A stretch of DNA of 64,000 bases from the human T2T-CHM13v2.0 reference genome, Homo sapiens, in NCBI RefSeq assembly GCF_009914755.1, contig NC_060931.1; one strand, given 5' to 3'. Under the pieces are notes generated by a model, which was not told where the DNA came from, made no database searches, and saw only the letters and a program-made list of their open reading frames with translations. The first letter of the stretch is position 1. Every line of letters starts with the position of its first letter. Shown one piece after another: positions 1 to 15,879 of this stretch. A program made the translations under genes and the position numbers.

Positions 1-595
1 CATGTGCTGCCAGTCTATGCTGCTCGGCACTGCTTGGCCCAAAGAATAAAAAGCAAGGGAATGCCAAATCTCATCCCTAACTCCCCTGGCCTGATTCCAT
101 GCTCACCAAGCCACCTTCTGATGATAATTTGGCTTCCCACTTACATTTGCCTGCAGGGAAAGCACATGCTGGACAAGAAACTGGAGTACCCAGTCCACTC
201 AATGATTACATTTCTCATTGTAAATTAATAAATCAGCATTCTGGCTGATGCCATTTTTAAAGTTCAGACATGAAACTATCACTTATAAGGCAGATGCAAA
301 GGAAATTAGGTGAAAATTCACCAGGAAATCAGCCTTCAGGCTGCCAAGGAGTACAATGACAGAACAGCTGTGCAAACACCACAGGTAACATCCGGAAATG
401 GGCTCCTGACAAAGTCATATTACACAGCATGGCTCTCCCCACATGAAGTGCTCCCTCTCACATTTTTCTCCATTGTTAAATTCCCCTCAAATAGCCCAGC
501 AAAAAGTCAGCATCAAATGTCAGTCATCCCAGACTCCTGGAAACCCAGGTCTGGAGAGAAGGAAATATCTATTTTACTGAATCCTTTACCCTTCC

Positions 596-1723
596 TGTTA
601 TGGACTGAATTGTGTCCCCCCAAATTTGTGTGTGGAAGCCCTAATCTCCACTACCTCAGAATGTGACTGTATTTGGAGACAGTGTCTTTAAAAATGTAAT
701 TAATATATCAAAGAGAGATCTGCACTTCCATGTTTATTGCAGCACTATTCGCAATAGCCAAGGTTGGAAGCAACCTAAGTGTCCATCAACAGATGAGTGG
801 ATAAAGAAAATGTGGTACGTATATACAAAGGAATACTATTCATCCATAAAAACATGAGATCCTGTCATTAGCAACAACGTGGATGGAACTGGAGATCATT
901 ATGTTAAGTGAAATAAGCCAGGCACAGAAAGACAAACTTCACATGTTCTCACTTATTTATTGGAGCAAAAATCAAAACAATTGAACTCATGGGGATAGAG
1001 AGTAGAAGGATGGTTACCACAGGCTGGGAAGGGTAGTCGGGGAGGAAAGTGGAGACGGTTAATGGGCACAAAAAAATGGTTAATAGTTAAAATAAATGAG
1101 GTCTAGTATTTGATAGCACAACAGAGTGACTACAGTCAACAATAATTTATGGTACATTTAAAAATAACTAAAAGAGTATAATTGTGTCATTTGCAACACA
1201 AAGAAAGGATGGATGCTTGAGGTGATGGATACGCCATTTTCCCTGATGTGATTATTACACATTGCATGAGATACCAAAATATCTCACATACCCCCAAAAT
1301 ATGTACACCTACTATGTACCCACAATTAAAATTAAAAAAAATTAAAGCCTGTAAGGTAAACATAGTACTCAATAAATATTTGTCGAATAATAAATATTGA
1401 ACCTAAAAAAACAACAAAAACAAAGAGAACAACATAATTAAGATTACAAGAGGTCATTAGTGTGGGCCTTAGTTGAACATAACTGGTGTCCCCGTGAGAA
1501 CAGATGGATTAGGACACAGACACACACAGAGGAAAGAAATGTGAGGGCACATTGAAAAGATGGCCATCTACCAGCCAAAGAGAGAGGCCTCAGACGAAAT
1601 CAACCTTGCCGACACCTTGATCTCAGACTTCTAGCCTCCAGGTCTGTGAGGAAATAAATTGCTGTTGTTTAAGCGCCCCCAGTCTGTGGTACTTTGTTAT
1701 GGCAGCCCTAGCAAATAAATACA
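596..1723 (+). mobile_element. MLT1B-like MaLR solo LTR, split by an L1 insertion (LTR parts 596-703 and ~1431-1723)
   Basis: Starts TGTTATGGACTGAATTGTGTCCCCCCAAA and ends GCAGCCCTAGCAAATAAATACA, with TG...CA termini. Perfect 5-bp TSD CTTCC at 591-595 and 1724-1728. Confidence 0.9.
704..1346 (+). mobile_element. LINE-1 3' end (L1MA1-3-like), 5'-truncated, inserted in MLT1B
   Basis: ORF2 C-terminal sequence (WKQPKCPSTDEWIKKMWY), L1MA-type 3'UTR and A-rich tail at ~1326-1346. Confidence 0.88.
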
Positions 1724-2461
1724 CTTCCATTGAGATTCTTTCCTCCAACCATTCCAAACAGAAGATGTCTACCTGGGACCTTTAACAACATGGAAAACTG
1801 TCTACCACTGTCATCAAGAATGCATTTTAGTCTATCATGCTTATCTCCACTCCAGTTACTCAGGTGGGTGGCTTTGGAGCCCTATATGTGATAAACGTTG
1901 TCTAATCTTGCTAAAGTAACCACAGCCATGGTGTCTGAGGCATAAGCGCTTGAAAGTATAATGCTTTTACAACCTGCACAAAGTCTTTGACACAGACAAG
2001 ATGAAGGACTCATATAATGAAAGCACAAAAACTTATGATTATCCTAATGTTGTCTTGATATTTTACAAAATTTCTGTAAAAATCAATACCCTGTTGGATA
2101 GGTGAGCCAAGGAGAGTCAGACCACTGTCCAGCTAATTCCTGAAGATATAAACCATGGAACAATAACAATTCATTTGAAAAACTCCTAAACCTCTCTTAT
2201 TTAACAACTTATTTCTGAATGGGTGGAGTCTCTCTGTTACAGACTTACAGTTTCAAGATTTGCTTGCACACATGGGTGAGTTTTTTTTGCAAGCTGTCTC
2301 AATGAAAACCGGTTTGAGAAACTGGAAGCCTTTCAGTTTGCAACCGGAACTGGAGTCAAATAAGTTTTACCACTGCTTCACTTGCTTTTTGTTTGTTTGT
2401 TTTGTTTTGACCATTTATTATTTTGTGAGAAGCAACACTAACTGAAATATACCACATTTGA

Positions 2462-2704
<243 letters not shown>

Positions 2705-2786
2705 CGTAATGTTCTTAATTCCCAACACTCAAAGTCTGTTGCAATTCAGTCTCCCATTAAAAATGTTCCTGTTCCATCAACAGTTA

Positions 2787-3303
2787 TAAGTCATGTGGAT
2801 AATATGGACCGTTGAAATGACATGATGGAAATGGCGCTTTACCTATATGGTCTTCCTCAGAAAAACAAGTAACTCCAGTCTAATAATGAGAAAAGTGTGA
2901 GACAAATCCTGTGTCACAACGTGAGGGAAATTTGACTAAATGCCTGACCAATAATTCTCAAAGTTGTGAAGGTCATCAAAAACAAGGAGGGTTTGGAAAA
3001 CTGTCACAGACCGGAGGATACTAAGGAGATAATGGAATTTGAATCAAATCCTGGAATGGAAAAAGAACATTAGATAAAAATGAAGGAAATCTGAATAACA
3101 TATGAACTTTAGTTCATAATAATTTATCAATACTGATTTACTAATTGTAACAAATATACATGGTCTATTAATTGTAACAAATAGTCATTATGATGTTACC
3201 AATAAGGGAAACTGGGTGTGGGGTGTACGGGAAGTCTATGTACTATCTTCACTATTTTTCTGTAAATCTAAAACTGTTCTAAAATAAAAGGTTTATTTTT
3301 AAA
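2787..3303 (+). mobile_element. Old LINE-1 3'UTR (L1MC-like)
   Basis: Matches L1MC 3' end motifs (AAGGTCATCAAAAACAAGG; GGGAAACTGGGTGTGGGG; TGTAAATCTAAAACTGTTCTAAAATAAAA). Confidence 0.75.
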
Positions 3304-4493
3304 GCATACCCTGTTTAACTCTTCCCAATGGCCATGGTTGTCTGTAAGCGGCTCTAATACATAGCCAGACAGTCTTCTCCAAGATTCTAATATGTGGCTC
3401 CCCTCCTCTTCTGATCCCTCTCCCAGTGCAACTTCTGCACGTATTTCATGTAAGCACTTTATTTTTCAGTAATAAGAGCTTCTTTTAACTCTCAACAGTC
3501 ATTTGAAGGTTGCTGCTCCCTCCTCTTTAAAACATACTTTAGTGGAGGCTTCATATCATCATCTCATCCACTGCACAGCACATGACTCTTGTCTTGATGT
3601 TTTCTCCACTGGGATGTCTACAACTTCAATTCCTGGGGCATCTTTCTCACAGTATAAGCCCCAAGTTTTCATTAAATAAAGCCCTTTGGGGCCAAAACTC
3701 AGCTGCTAGAAGCAATAGAGAGACGCCAAGAGGCCCCACACTAAATCAGTGTGAGGGAAATCAATACCAGGAAGAGCTGGGTATAAATGTTTTCAGCCCT
3801 TAGCATTCAAGTCCCGCAATGCTAAAAGCATCCAGATGCATGCCACCTGGGATCCAAAGTCCCTAAAGAGTATTCTTTTCCTGTTGAATCACTTGGGGTT
3901 CAGGTTATTTTTTGTTGCTTTTATGTGGTTGGTTTTTAATCAAAAAGCAGTGTGTGTTTGCAGAAAAAGCCTCTTGGCCTCAATATTCAACTCACAGTCC
4001 AGTTGACTTGCTGTATTCAGAGTCGAACAGACCTTGATCTTCATTTATTATTCAATAAGAAGAATACAATTAGCCTGGAGTTGGTTTTTAGACCCAAACA
4101 CAAAGAAAGGCCCACATATCCGAGGAGGAATAATTCCACTTCCCCTATAACTGATGTGATGATGGAGCAAGTAGCAGGCAGCAAATCGATATTCCACCAT
4201 CCTCCTCAACGCCAGGATTAGAGGGAGTCTTTGCCTCTGCTCGGAAAGCAGGGGAAGACAGACCTGCCTTGCAAATATTTACTGAAGGGAGCCCTTTTTA
4301 CTTTGCAAATCATTGATTTACAAAGTGTATGAGTGCTAAGAGAAAGAAAGCTTATGAAATTCCAATGATTTATGCTTAGCACAGAAGCAAAGCTAATGCT
4401 GGGAAGAACTGAGTTTCCAGTTCTGGAAAGAAGAAAGCTTAAGCCTCCAGCAAGCCAGGTAGAATCTATGGAAGCCCTCTAAGAAAAAAAAAA

Positions 4494-4930
4494 AGTAAAA
4501 TAAGCTAGGCAGAGAAAGACAAAATCGCTTTTTTCACTCATATGTGGGAGCTTAAAAAGTGCATCTCATGGAGGTTGAGAGTAGAATGATCCATTCCAGA
4601 GGCTGGGAAGAGAAGTGGGGAGGAATGATGAAGAGAAGTTGATTAATGTTTACAAAATAGTTTGACAGAAGGAGTATGTTCTTGTATTTGACAGTATAGT
4701 AGGAAAATTATGGTTAACAATAATTTATTGTGTATTTCAAAATAGCTAGAAGAGAAAAATTTGTAATGTTCTCAACACAATGAAAAGATCAATGTTTGAG
4801 GTGATGGGTATCTCAGTTACCCTGATTTGATCGTGGCACATTGTATACATGCATCAAAATATTATATATATATATTCCAAAATATCTACAACTATGATAT
4901 ATCAATTAAAAATATGAAAAAAGAAAAGAA
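4494..4930 (+). mobile_element. LINE-1 3' end (L1MA4/5-like)
   Basis: CACTCATATGTGGGAGC...AGAGTAGAATGAT...TTTCAAAATAGCTAGAAGAG, followed by an A-rich tail. Confidence 0.8.
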
Positions 4931-4967
4931 AACTGATCCCATAGGAGAATTGTTATGATTCACATTT

Positions 4968-4977
4968 GTATGTGTGT

Positions 4978-5034
<57 letters not shown>

Positions 5035-5043
5035 TATATACAC
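4968..5043. repeat. Compound (TG)n(TA)n(CA)n microsatellite
   Basis: Directly visible long TA run flanked by TG and CA repeats. Confidence 0.95.
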
Positions 5044-5182
5044 AAAGACATATATATTCCAGTGACCTTTATGGAAATAAGATGTTTCAATTTATATCAA
5101 ATAATCATTATTACCAATAAAATTCATAGATACATAAGTGCATCATATGATTAGATCAGTGCACAATAATTTTATGCCCTGA

Positions 5183-5430
5183 ATAACAGCTTCCATTTGT
5201 TGTGCCAGGCAGTATGAAAAGGACTTTCACTCACGAGCTCAGTCAAACCTCACAAGAACCCCATGAAGTAGATATCACCATTATTGTCTCCATTTTATGG
5301 CTGAAGATACTGCTCCCAGTGGGATCAGAAAAAAGTAAATAATTCCCTTAAGGTCTCACCACTGGTTAGAAAGAGAACTAGGATTTCTTTGTGTTGGGTG
5401 TCTCTGGAGCCCAAAGCCACCGTGCTAAGC
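5183..5430 (-). mobile_element. MIR SINE
   Basis: Reverse MIR core (CCTCACAAGAACCCCATGAAGTAGATAT...CCATTTTATGGCTGAAGATACTG). Confidence 0.7.
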
Positions 5431-5693
5431 CTTCTCTGTCTCTCTAACCCATACCTGAATTTCCTTTAATATGTAAGCCCTCCCACCATCTCCAAGCAGC
5501 TATTAGGAACACTTCAACTCAAGCATCCCATGCAGCAGGTGCTGCAACAAATTTTTTTCCCACTGGAAGAAAACTGGCAAGAGTAGGGAATACCTACGTG
5601 GCCCACAAATTGATGCTACTGTCACCTCCAAATATTGTTGGGAATTCTGCAGAAGTAATTTGTGATTTTATAAAAGCAAAAACAAAAAACAAA

Positions 5694-5880
5694 CTCTCAA
5701 AGTTTGGCATGCTTCAGAATCATCAGGAGGGTTTGTCGAAGCCACAGGTTATTAGACCCCATCCCCTAGAGATTCTGTTTCCATACTTTGAGGTAGAGCC
5801 CCCAAATCTGCATTTCTAATAAGTTTTCCAGGGATGCTTATGCTGCTAGTCCAGGCCCAGGGTTGGAGGATCGCTGCATT
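5694..5880. mobile_element. MER5A hAT-Charlie MITE
   Basis: CTCTCAAAGTTTGGCATGCTTCAGAATCA...CTGCATTTCTAATAAGTT...GATGCTTATGCTGCT matches MER5A. Confidence 0.75.
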
Positions 5881-5986
5881 AGACTATCAGATTAGCATAA
5901 ACATTATTTAGTTTTTCATATAGACCAAGCAAAAGCAAGAGTAAATAAATTCTCAAAACACAAAGATAGCAAGCAATGTCCAGAGT

Positions 5987-6480
5987 CAGGGCCCGCTTCA
6001 TGAGCGTGACCACTGCAGTTACACAGTGCCCTGCGCTCAGAAGAGCCCTGCCCTGGGGGTTTAATACTCTGATTTCATCTTTGAATTTGTGTTTTGTAAG
6101 TGAAATTCAACAGGACAATGGAGCATGGTTGGTGGGCTTGAAGCCTTGGTGTAGGCCTGCTTCCTACTACCTCTCCACCCCACAAGGATGGTTCTCAGTC
6201 CCCACTGTTCCCTGTCTCCTGGTGCCCCAGACAATCTGACTTTACTCTCCGCAAACTTGCCCCACAGCCACTTCCACCACATTCCACTCACCCCCAAAGG
6301 GGCCTGGGCACTGATGCAGGAAGGGTCAGGGTTGGGTGCAAGTCCCAATGGCTTCTCTAGGTGGGGTAAGGTATCTATGATCATCCCTAGTCTGGGCTGA
6401 CAGTGCCACAGTCCATTCTGCTGGCAACTCAAACTTAGGACTATGCCATTCAGAGACAGATGTTGGTGGGAAAGACCTGT
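5987..6480 (+). mobile_element. MER45B/C-like hAT-Tip100 DNA transposon fragment
   Basis: 5' end CAGGGCCCGCTTCATGAGCGTGACC...GCGCTCAGAAGAGCCCTGC matches the MER45 terminus. The 3' boundary is uncertain. Confidence 0.65.
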
Positions 6481-6789
6481 CCTTCTTCTAAATTTTAAAA
6501 TATTCAAGTGGTTGAGTTATAGACTCCTAAAGGAGAAACAATTTGAGTTGAATAACACCTCTAAAATGAAAAGATTCTCCAGACTTTTGCAAATGAGCTT
6601 TGAATGAGGTATTTCAGGGACTTTTTCAGCTATTCAAGTGATCACAAAGAAAAGGGACATTTGAAAGTCTTCAATGAAGCTTTTATTGGGAACTTTATAC
6701 TCTCTCCGTCTTCTCTCCCACCATAGCCAATTCATCTACAAGTGTGCCTAATTGGTTATGTGCATCTTCATGGTTTGAAGACTACTCTA

Positions 6790-7100
6790 GACTCGTGTTT
6801 CTCAAACAATTAAAGTGCATATAAACCACTTGGAAGTGTAGATTCTGATTCAGTAGGCCTGGAGTAGAACCCAGGAATCTGCATTTCTAATAAGCTTCCA
6901 GGTGATGGTGATGATGCTGGTCTATTCTAGATCCTTGTCCGCCAAATATGGTCTATGAGCCAGTAGCATCAGCAATCCCTAGAAGTTTGTTAGAAATTTA
7001 GAATTTCTGGCCCCAACCCAGACCTACAAAAAAGAATCTGCATTTTAATAAGATATCTGGGAGATTCAAAAGCACACTGAAGTGTGAGAAGCATTACCCT
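6790..7100. mobile_element. Two adjacent MER5-family MITEs in opposite orientation (~6790-6923 and ~6935-7100)
   Basis: First copy GTTTCTCAAA...GATTCTGATTCAGTAGGCCTGG...GATGCTGGTC. Second copy CAGTAGCATCAGC...CCCAGACCTAC...GAGAAGCA. Confidence 0.7.
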
Positions 7101-7542
7101 AAGCCTTCTGAATCATCTTTCTCCTCCCATTTCTTCTGCTTTCCAAAGCCACAAGATGGAGATCTGTCACTGAGACTACTGGTGACTGTCCCAAATTTAT
7201 AATCTGGTAGGTTTTAGGAAAGACACATTCAATGTTGTTTTATTCTTTATCCTGACTCTCCCACCATGTCCCAGGATAGTAGAACTTCTGGCAATGACCT
7301 AAGACTCATCTGTAGCTTCCATTTTTATAAAATACTAGCAGGACCAACATTCTCATTATATAGAGGAGGCTCAATCTGGACAGGAGGTATCTACAGGGAA
7401 TCATAGAGTGCACTTACCCATTGGGCTGTGAATAGTTGCAAGTTATTCATAGGCTGAGAGAATAAGAAAATTCAACAGGAGAGGTCTACAGTTTCTGCAA
7501 TACAGTATTAAGTGGATATATTTATGCTACTTGCTCTGAGAA

Positions 7543-7785
7543 GTTGTATGGCAGAGTGGTTAGGAACACACAGAGGCTCCAGAGATAGACTGCCTGGATT
7601 CAGATTGTACTCATGTCCTCTACGAGCTGTGTGACCCTGGACCAACTACTTAAACTCCCTGTGCCTGTTTCCTCCTTTAAAACAGATGTGATAACAGCAC
7701 CTACTTCATAAGGTATTATGAGTATCAAAGCCATAAGATCCTTGGAATCATGGCTTGCATAAAGTAGTAAGCTTTGCAAAGATGT
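7543..7785 (+). mobile_element. MIR SINE
   Basis: AGAGTGGTTAGGA...GCTGTGTGACCCTGG...CTGTGCCTGTTTCCTC...CACCTACTTCATAAGG. Confidence 0.75.
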
Positions 7786-9461
7786 CTTAATGCAAACTTG
7801 GAAAGACAGCTAAATCTTAAACTTTCATTTGCAGGGCTTCAACATTTCTATAACTTTGCTTAATTGAAACTGTTGCATTATAATTGGGGACACATTTTGC
7901 ATTCCATAAGAGAGAAGAGATCCTATCTCAAGTATCAGGAACATCCCTATAGTTACTATAGCAATTAACACATTTAACAAGACACTTGAAAGAGGATCTG
8001 CTGGCCCCAAGGACCCTTGAAAGGGGGACTGTTGGCCCCAAGACCCTGAAGGTGTGGCCCTGAGTCTATCTCTGTATTTCATTGTCACCCACCTGGCAGA
8101 GGAGGAAAATTCAAAGTACACCTCCAAATTCCCACATAAGCAGAAAGGCTCACCACTTTAAAAACCAATTTATTTTACTTTAATATTCAGAGATTGTTAT
8201 TTTCTGAACAAACATCTATCAAAAGCTGCCAAGGTACTGCAGAAAATGAACTTTAAAATTGGGTGTTTAGCAATTAAATCTCACTCCGTAAATTGGCTAG
8301 GATCCATGTAATAAATTAGAATATACAAACACTGCTTTTCCATTGAAATAAAAACCTAAGGGGAAACCCCATGTAACAGAGCCCGTCAGATTTCAACACC
8401 CCTTCTCCACCCAAGATATTGAAGATAGGATCAAATATATTGCAAGATGTCTGCCACACTCACAGGCTGTTCCGATGCCTGCCTGACACAGCCGCCAGTT
8501 TTTCCTATGCTCCATCGATTATTTCTTTGTTTTGCCTGGATGGTGCTTGTAAACTCCTCAAGGTGTGCTCCTGGGCAGTTATGTGCATTTGAGATTTTTC
8601 CCTTCTGATCCCTACTTGGCTGTCTGTGGACCAAAACTGATTTGCAGGCAAGGGAAGACTGCTGAAAATTTCATGACATTTAGATTTTTATAAAGCATAT
8701 GGTGGTGGCTCAATAAGTTTGCTTACCTTGGATTAAAACCTATTAACGTTCCAGCATTTTCCTCTCCGTGAGATTCATTTCTGACTCGCTTGTGGTGACT
8801 TGCAGAGCCCTTCATTACAGCTCAGGGGCACAACTGATGCCGCACAAGCCATTAAAAATGAGTTTGCGAGAGTACAAAAAAGAAACCTTTGTAGACGAGG
8901 GCCAATTTGTTTCGAAGGCGATGCACTGTAAGAGCATTCACAAAGCGGCAAGCATTATCTCAGATTCAAGCTATGCCGTTTTCTCTCCTATTTTTAAATA
9001 CCAAATAGAGAAATGGGAGAGTCCTTTCTTTGTGACAGCAGCTTTGGTTCCTGCCCTTATTTTCTGCCATTGTAGCTCCAGTTAAGCTGTGAGAACAGCC
9101 CTGTGGGTTTTTTTTTTTTTCCGTTGGTTAAAATCGATGTTTGTCTGGGGTCCTTATGAGAGTAATCTTATTCTCTATGCCTCAGTTTCTTTATATGCAA
9201 GGTATCTCCAATACCAAACTCACAGGTTGTTGGGAAGGGTGGGAGATCTAATGAGTATAATTTTTATAAGTGAAAATGAGTACTCAATAAAGCACAAATA
9301 ATTATTTTTGTTGTTATTAAAGCAGGCACATTTTACTATGTGCCATCTCAAGATTCTCCCATTGTTTTTCCTAAGTGATTGCAATTTAATTTGTTTTTAA
9401 TTAGCCTTCATTATTTACATATTCACCCTAGTTGAAAGCTCCAAGACAAATACGTTTGGAT

Positions 9462-9682
9462 CAGGGCTTCTCAACCTCAGAAATATTGACATCTTGAGCT
9501 GGACAATTCTTTCAGGGTGGGGACTGTCCTGTGCATTATAGGACTTTTCACGAAATCCTTGACCCTCTACCTGTTAGGTGTCAGCATCCCTCCCCACTCC
9601 CCACAGTTGTAACAACCAAAAGTGTGTCCAGCCTTTGCCAAATGTCCCCTGGGGGACAAAATAACCCAGTAGAGTACCACTG
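9462..9682 (+). mobile_element. MER20 hAT-Charlie MITE, near full length
   Basis: TIR-like ends CAGGGCTTCTCAACC...GAGTACCACTG. Internal TTGCCAAATGTCCCCTGGGGG. Confidence 0.88.
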
Positions 9683-10757
9683 CTTCAGAGTTTATCTAGC
9701 TGGTGTTGTCTTTGGTTGCATTTACTGTACATGTAGAACAGCAAGAGCACTTGAACTGGTGAAAGCTATAGAAACCAGTGACGCACCCTAAGAACATATT
9801 ACAATTTGTATGACAGAGATATTAACCAGGCCTGAAAGCTAATAGCGGCCACTAAAGTCAAGAATGAGACTGAGGCCATCGACAGGAATTTTTGAGTAAG
9901 ATTAGGGGAGAAAGGAAAGTAGCTCAGAATGAGTCCGTAGAACTGCATGGGTACATCCACCTAATAGTGAAGAATACTTCCAAACTCCAGGGGCCAGAAG
10001 AGAAGAAAGAGAGAAAAGTACCCAGGATAGAGCTGGCCAAAGGGAAGAGGCGACAGGGAAGGGAAACGGCTTTCATGTTCAAGCAGAGGGCAGCTGAAGA
10101 GGAAAGAGCACAGGGAAATATGATATACTGCAAACAAAACAGCAAGAAAAATGGAGAAAAGATGAGAGAAGGAAGGACAGAAAAGAAGCAAAATTCACAG
10201 TGAACATAGAGGAAAGAAATGAGGGTAAAGCCTAAAGGTGTAAAGATATGCCTGACTTCCGAGCTTATCTGGGACAAGTGTTAGCCCACGGGAAGTTCCA
10301 CACCGGCCTCCCCACCCCGTAACTGCCTTCTTTCTACCACCGGTGTGGACTCGATGAACTGGATCTGCCTTCTCACAGGCTGCCCTGACCATTGAGTCGT
10401 GCAGTCAGGGGCCAGCTGGTCAAGAGGGACAGCATCTATTGCTCTGCCCATGCCTCAACCCAGATTCTGTCCTTTCCCCAGTCAAATCTAGTAAACTCAA
10501 TGGCTCCTGGTTCCCAATGATAGCCATGTAGCAATACCATATTAGGCTCATTTGAAGCACAGAATGGATGTGCTGATGGTATCCAGCCCTTAGTCTGACC
10601 TTCAAAGGCCTCCAGACTCTGCCTTTGCCTTCTTCTCCAACCTTGTCCATTCTCATTCTGATATTTTCCAACTGTACTTTTTGAAATTTGGAGTGCATAT
10701 TTCTTTTTTTTTTACAAGCATGAAAAGTTTGATTTTCATAAGTTAATCAGAAAGTGA

Positions 10758-11100
10758 TTTTTTTATTATACTTTAAGTTCTGGGATACATGTGCAGAATA
10801 TGCAGAATGTTACATACGTATACATGTGCCACGGTGGTTTGCTGCACCCATCAACCCGTCATCTACATTAGGTATTTCTTCTAATGCTATCCCTCCACTA
10901 GCCCCCTACCCCCCAGCAGGCCCCAGTGTGTGATGTTCTCCTCCCTGGGTCCATGTATTCTCCTTGTTCAACTCCCACTTATGAGTGAAAACATGCAGTG
11001 TTTGGTTTTCTGTTCTTGTGATAGTTTGCTGAGAGTGATAGTTTCCAGCTTCATCCATGTCCCGAACTCATCCTTTTTTATGGCTGCATAGTATTCCATG
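10758..11100 (-). mobile_element. L1PA (L1PA7-like) 3' end, ~340 bp
   Basis: TTTTTTATTATACTTTAAGTTCTGGGATACATGTGCAG... is reverse L1PA 3'UTR. Probable TSD GAAAGT(G/A)A at 10750-10757 and 11101-11108. Confidence 0.9.
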
Positions 11101-11989
11101 GAAAGTAACCTCTGATTATTTCATTTTTCAAGTGGGAAACCTGGCCTTCTTTATTACTTGGCTTCCAGGAATGGTGAAAACTGAGGACTATTTGTGATTT
11201 TCCAAAGAATATCTATATCTATTTTCTCAGAATTCATAATTTCCTAGTTTTTCTATCTACTTCACTGATACTAAGCTAAGAAAGTGACTTACTATCCAAT
11301 TGTCCACCCACACAATAATTGTGTGGTCTAATAATTCTAGGCCATATTTTCTCAATTTAATGAAAGTATGTCTTAGTTAAAGTCTTGTTTGTAGTAAGGC
11401 TAGTCCACAGCAAATAAAACCCATTGTCATCTAAGTCTAGTCATGGCATGTCTTTTTTATAGGTGGTTCCACATAAGTGACTTTTCCAGGTAACCGAAGC
11501 TTATAATTCAGATGCCCAAATGATTTTCATTTTAATTACATTGATTAGAAATTATTTAAAATAATAACTCCCTTTTTTTTGCTTTCTTAAGCATAGTATC
11601 TCAAACACAAGATTACCTTTTATTGATAATTTATTAATGTACAACTTAATTAAATAAGCTTTTATTTAGTACTGTACCACATACTAAACGCTGGGGACCC
11701 AAACCTAAAGATTTGAGTTCCACCTGCTATGCAGTGCTTTTATTATTGTGGGAGTGACTCTGGGAGATATTGAGCTATATAGAGGTTACTTTCCTGCCCA
11801 AGTATTCAGTATCAAGGAAACCATAAATATGAATGACAACATATCTTAACCATCAACTATACCTCTTAAATTATTTAAAACACTGGGCTGATTCTTTAAG
11901 CCTGAGGGGAAAAAAATAAGTTGAAATATACTGTTTGCCATAAACAAGAAAATTCTGTAGCCCAAAACAACAGTATGGAAGAGCTCAGT

Positions 11990-12520
11990 GGATCAATAAA
12001 TATTTGTGTGTAAGGCATTATGCTTGGTACTGAAAGAAATTCAAAGATGATTCCTACCCTCAAGGAGTAGACAGTCTGGTCAGGGACATAGACACTTACA
12101 TAATTAACTACTATAATACAATGTAGGAAGGGTTTAATACCAGAAGGGAGGATGACAATAACAGCCAGCATTACTACACTTTCTATGTGCTTGATACTGT
12201 TCGAATTGCCTTACCTGAGTGAATTTATTTAATAAATAAGCTTGCGAGGTGGATACTAATACTAGCTCCTTTTTACAGATGACAAAATGGAAAGAGAGAG
12301 TGGTTAGGTCACACAACTCGTACATGACAGTGAGCCACTGAGCAAATTACTTTTGACTGCTGCAGGATGCAAGAGGGCCTCCTGGGAAAGTTGGCATTTG
12401 TGCTGGATCTAGAAGAATAGGTAGCTCTTGAATTTGTAGAAGGTTGAGGGAGAGCATTCCAAGTAGAGGAAAAAAACACAAAGTCTGGGAGATGGGGACT
12501 TGTGAAGCACATGGCAAATG
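11990..12520 (-). mobile_element. L2 fragment interrupted by a MIR (~12155-12340)
   Basis: L2 motif CCTACCCTCAAGGAGTAGACAGTCTGG and MIR motif TTTTACAGATGACAAAATGG. L2 resumes at GAGGGCCTCCTGGGAAAGTTGGCATTTG. Confidence 0.6.
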
Positions 12521-12587
12521 TATTACCCAAAATCCTTTCACTGATTTTAATTCAGAGAGTGGAGTGTATTTTAAAGAAAACCCTTCA

Positions 12588-15728
<3,141 letters not shown>

Positions 15729-15879
15729 AAAGAAAGCCCTTCAAACCTTAACTTGTCTTTTATCCTTTACATTGGTGATTGCCATATTCATCTGCCTAGC
15801 TCCTAAGGGAGAATTCAGAATATAATCCAACACCCCATCTTCATTCCTAACCCACACCATCACCACTCCCCACATACCC

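Noticed and set aside
7998-8060. Short imperfect direct repeats (TGGCCCCAAG-ACCCT-GAA) as a CRISPR-like array; similar duplication at ~51990-52027
   Set aside because: Only two degenerate units in mammalian DNA, consistent with local slippage duplication.
9892-10277. Overlapping Lys/Glu-rich and Phe/Leu-rich ORFs
   Set aside because: Explained by purine-rich low-complexity DNA. Starts are non-ATG and there is no supporting splice structure.
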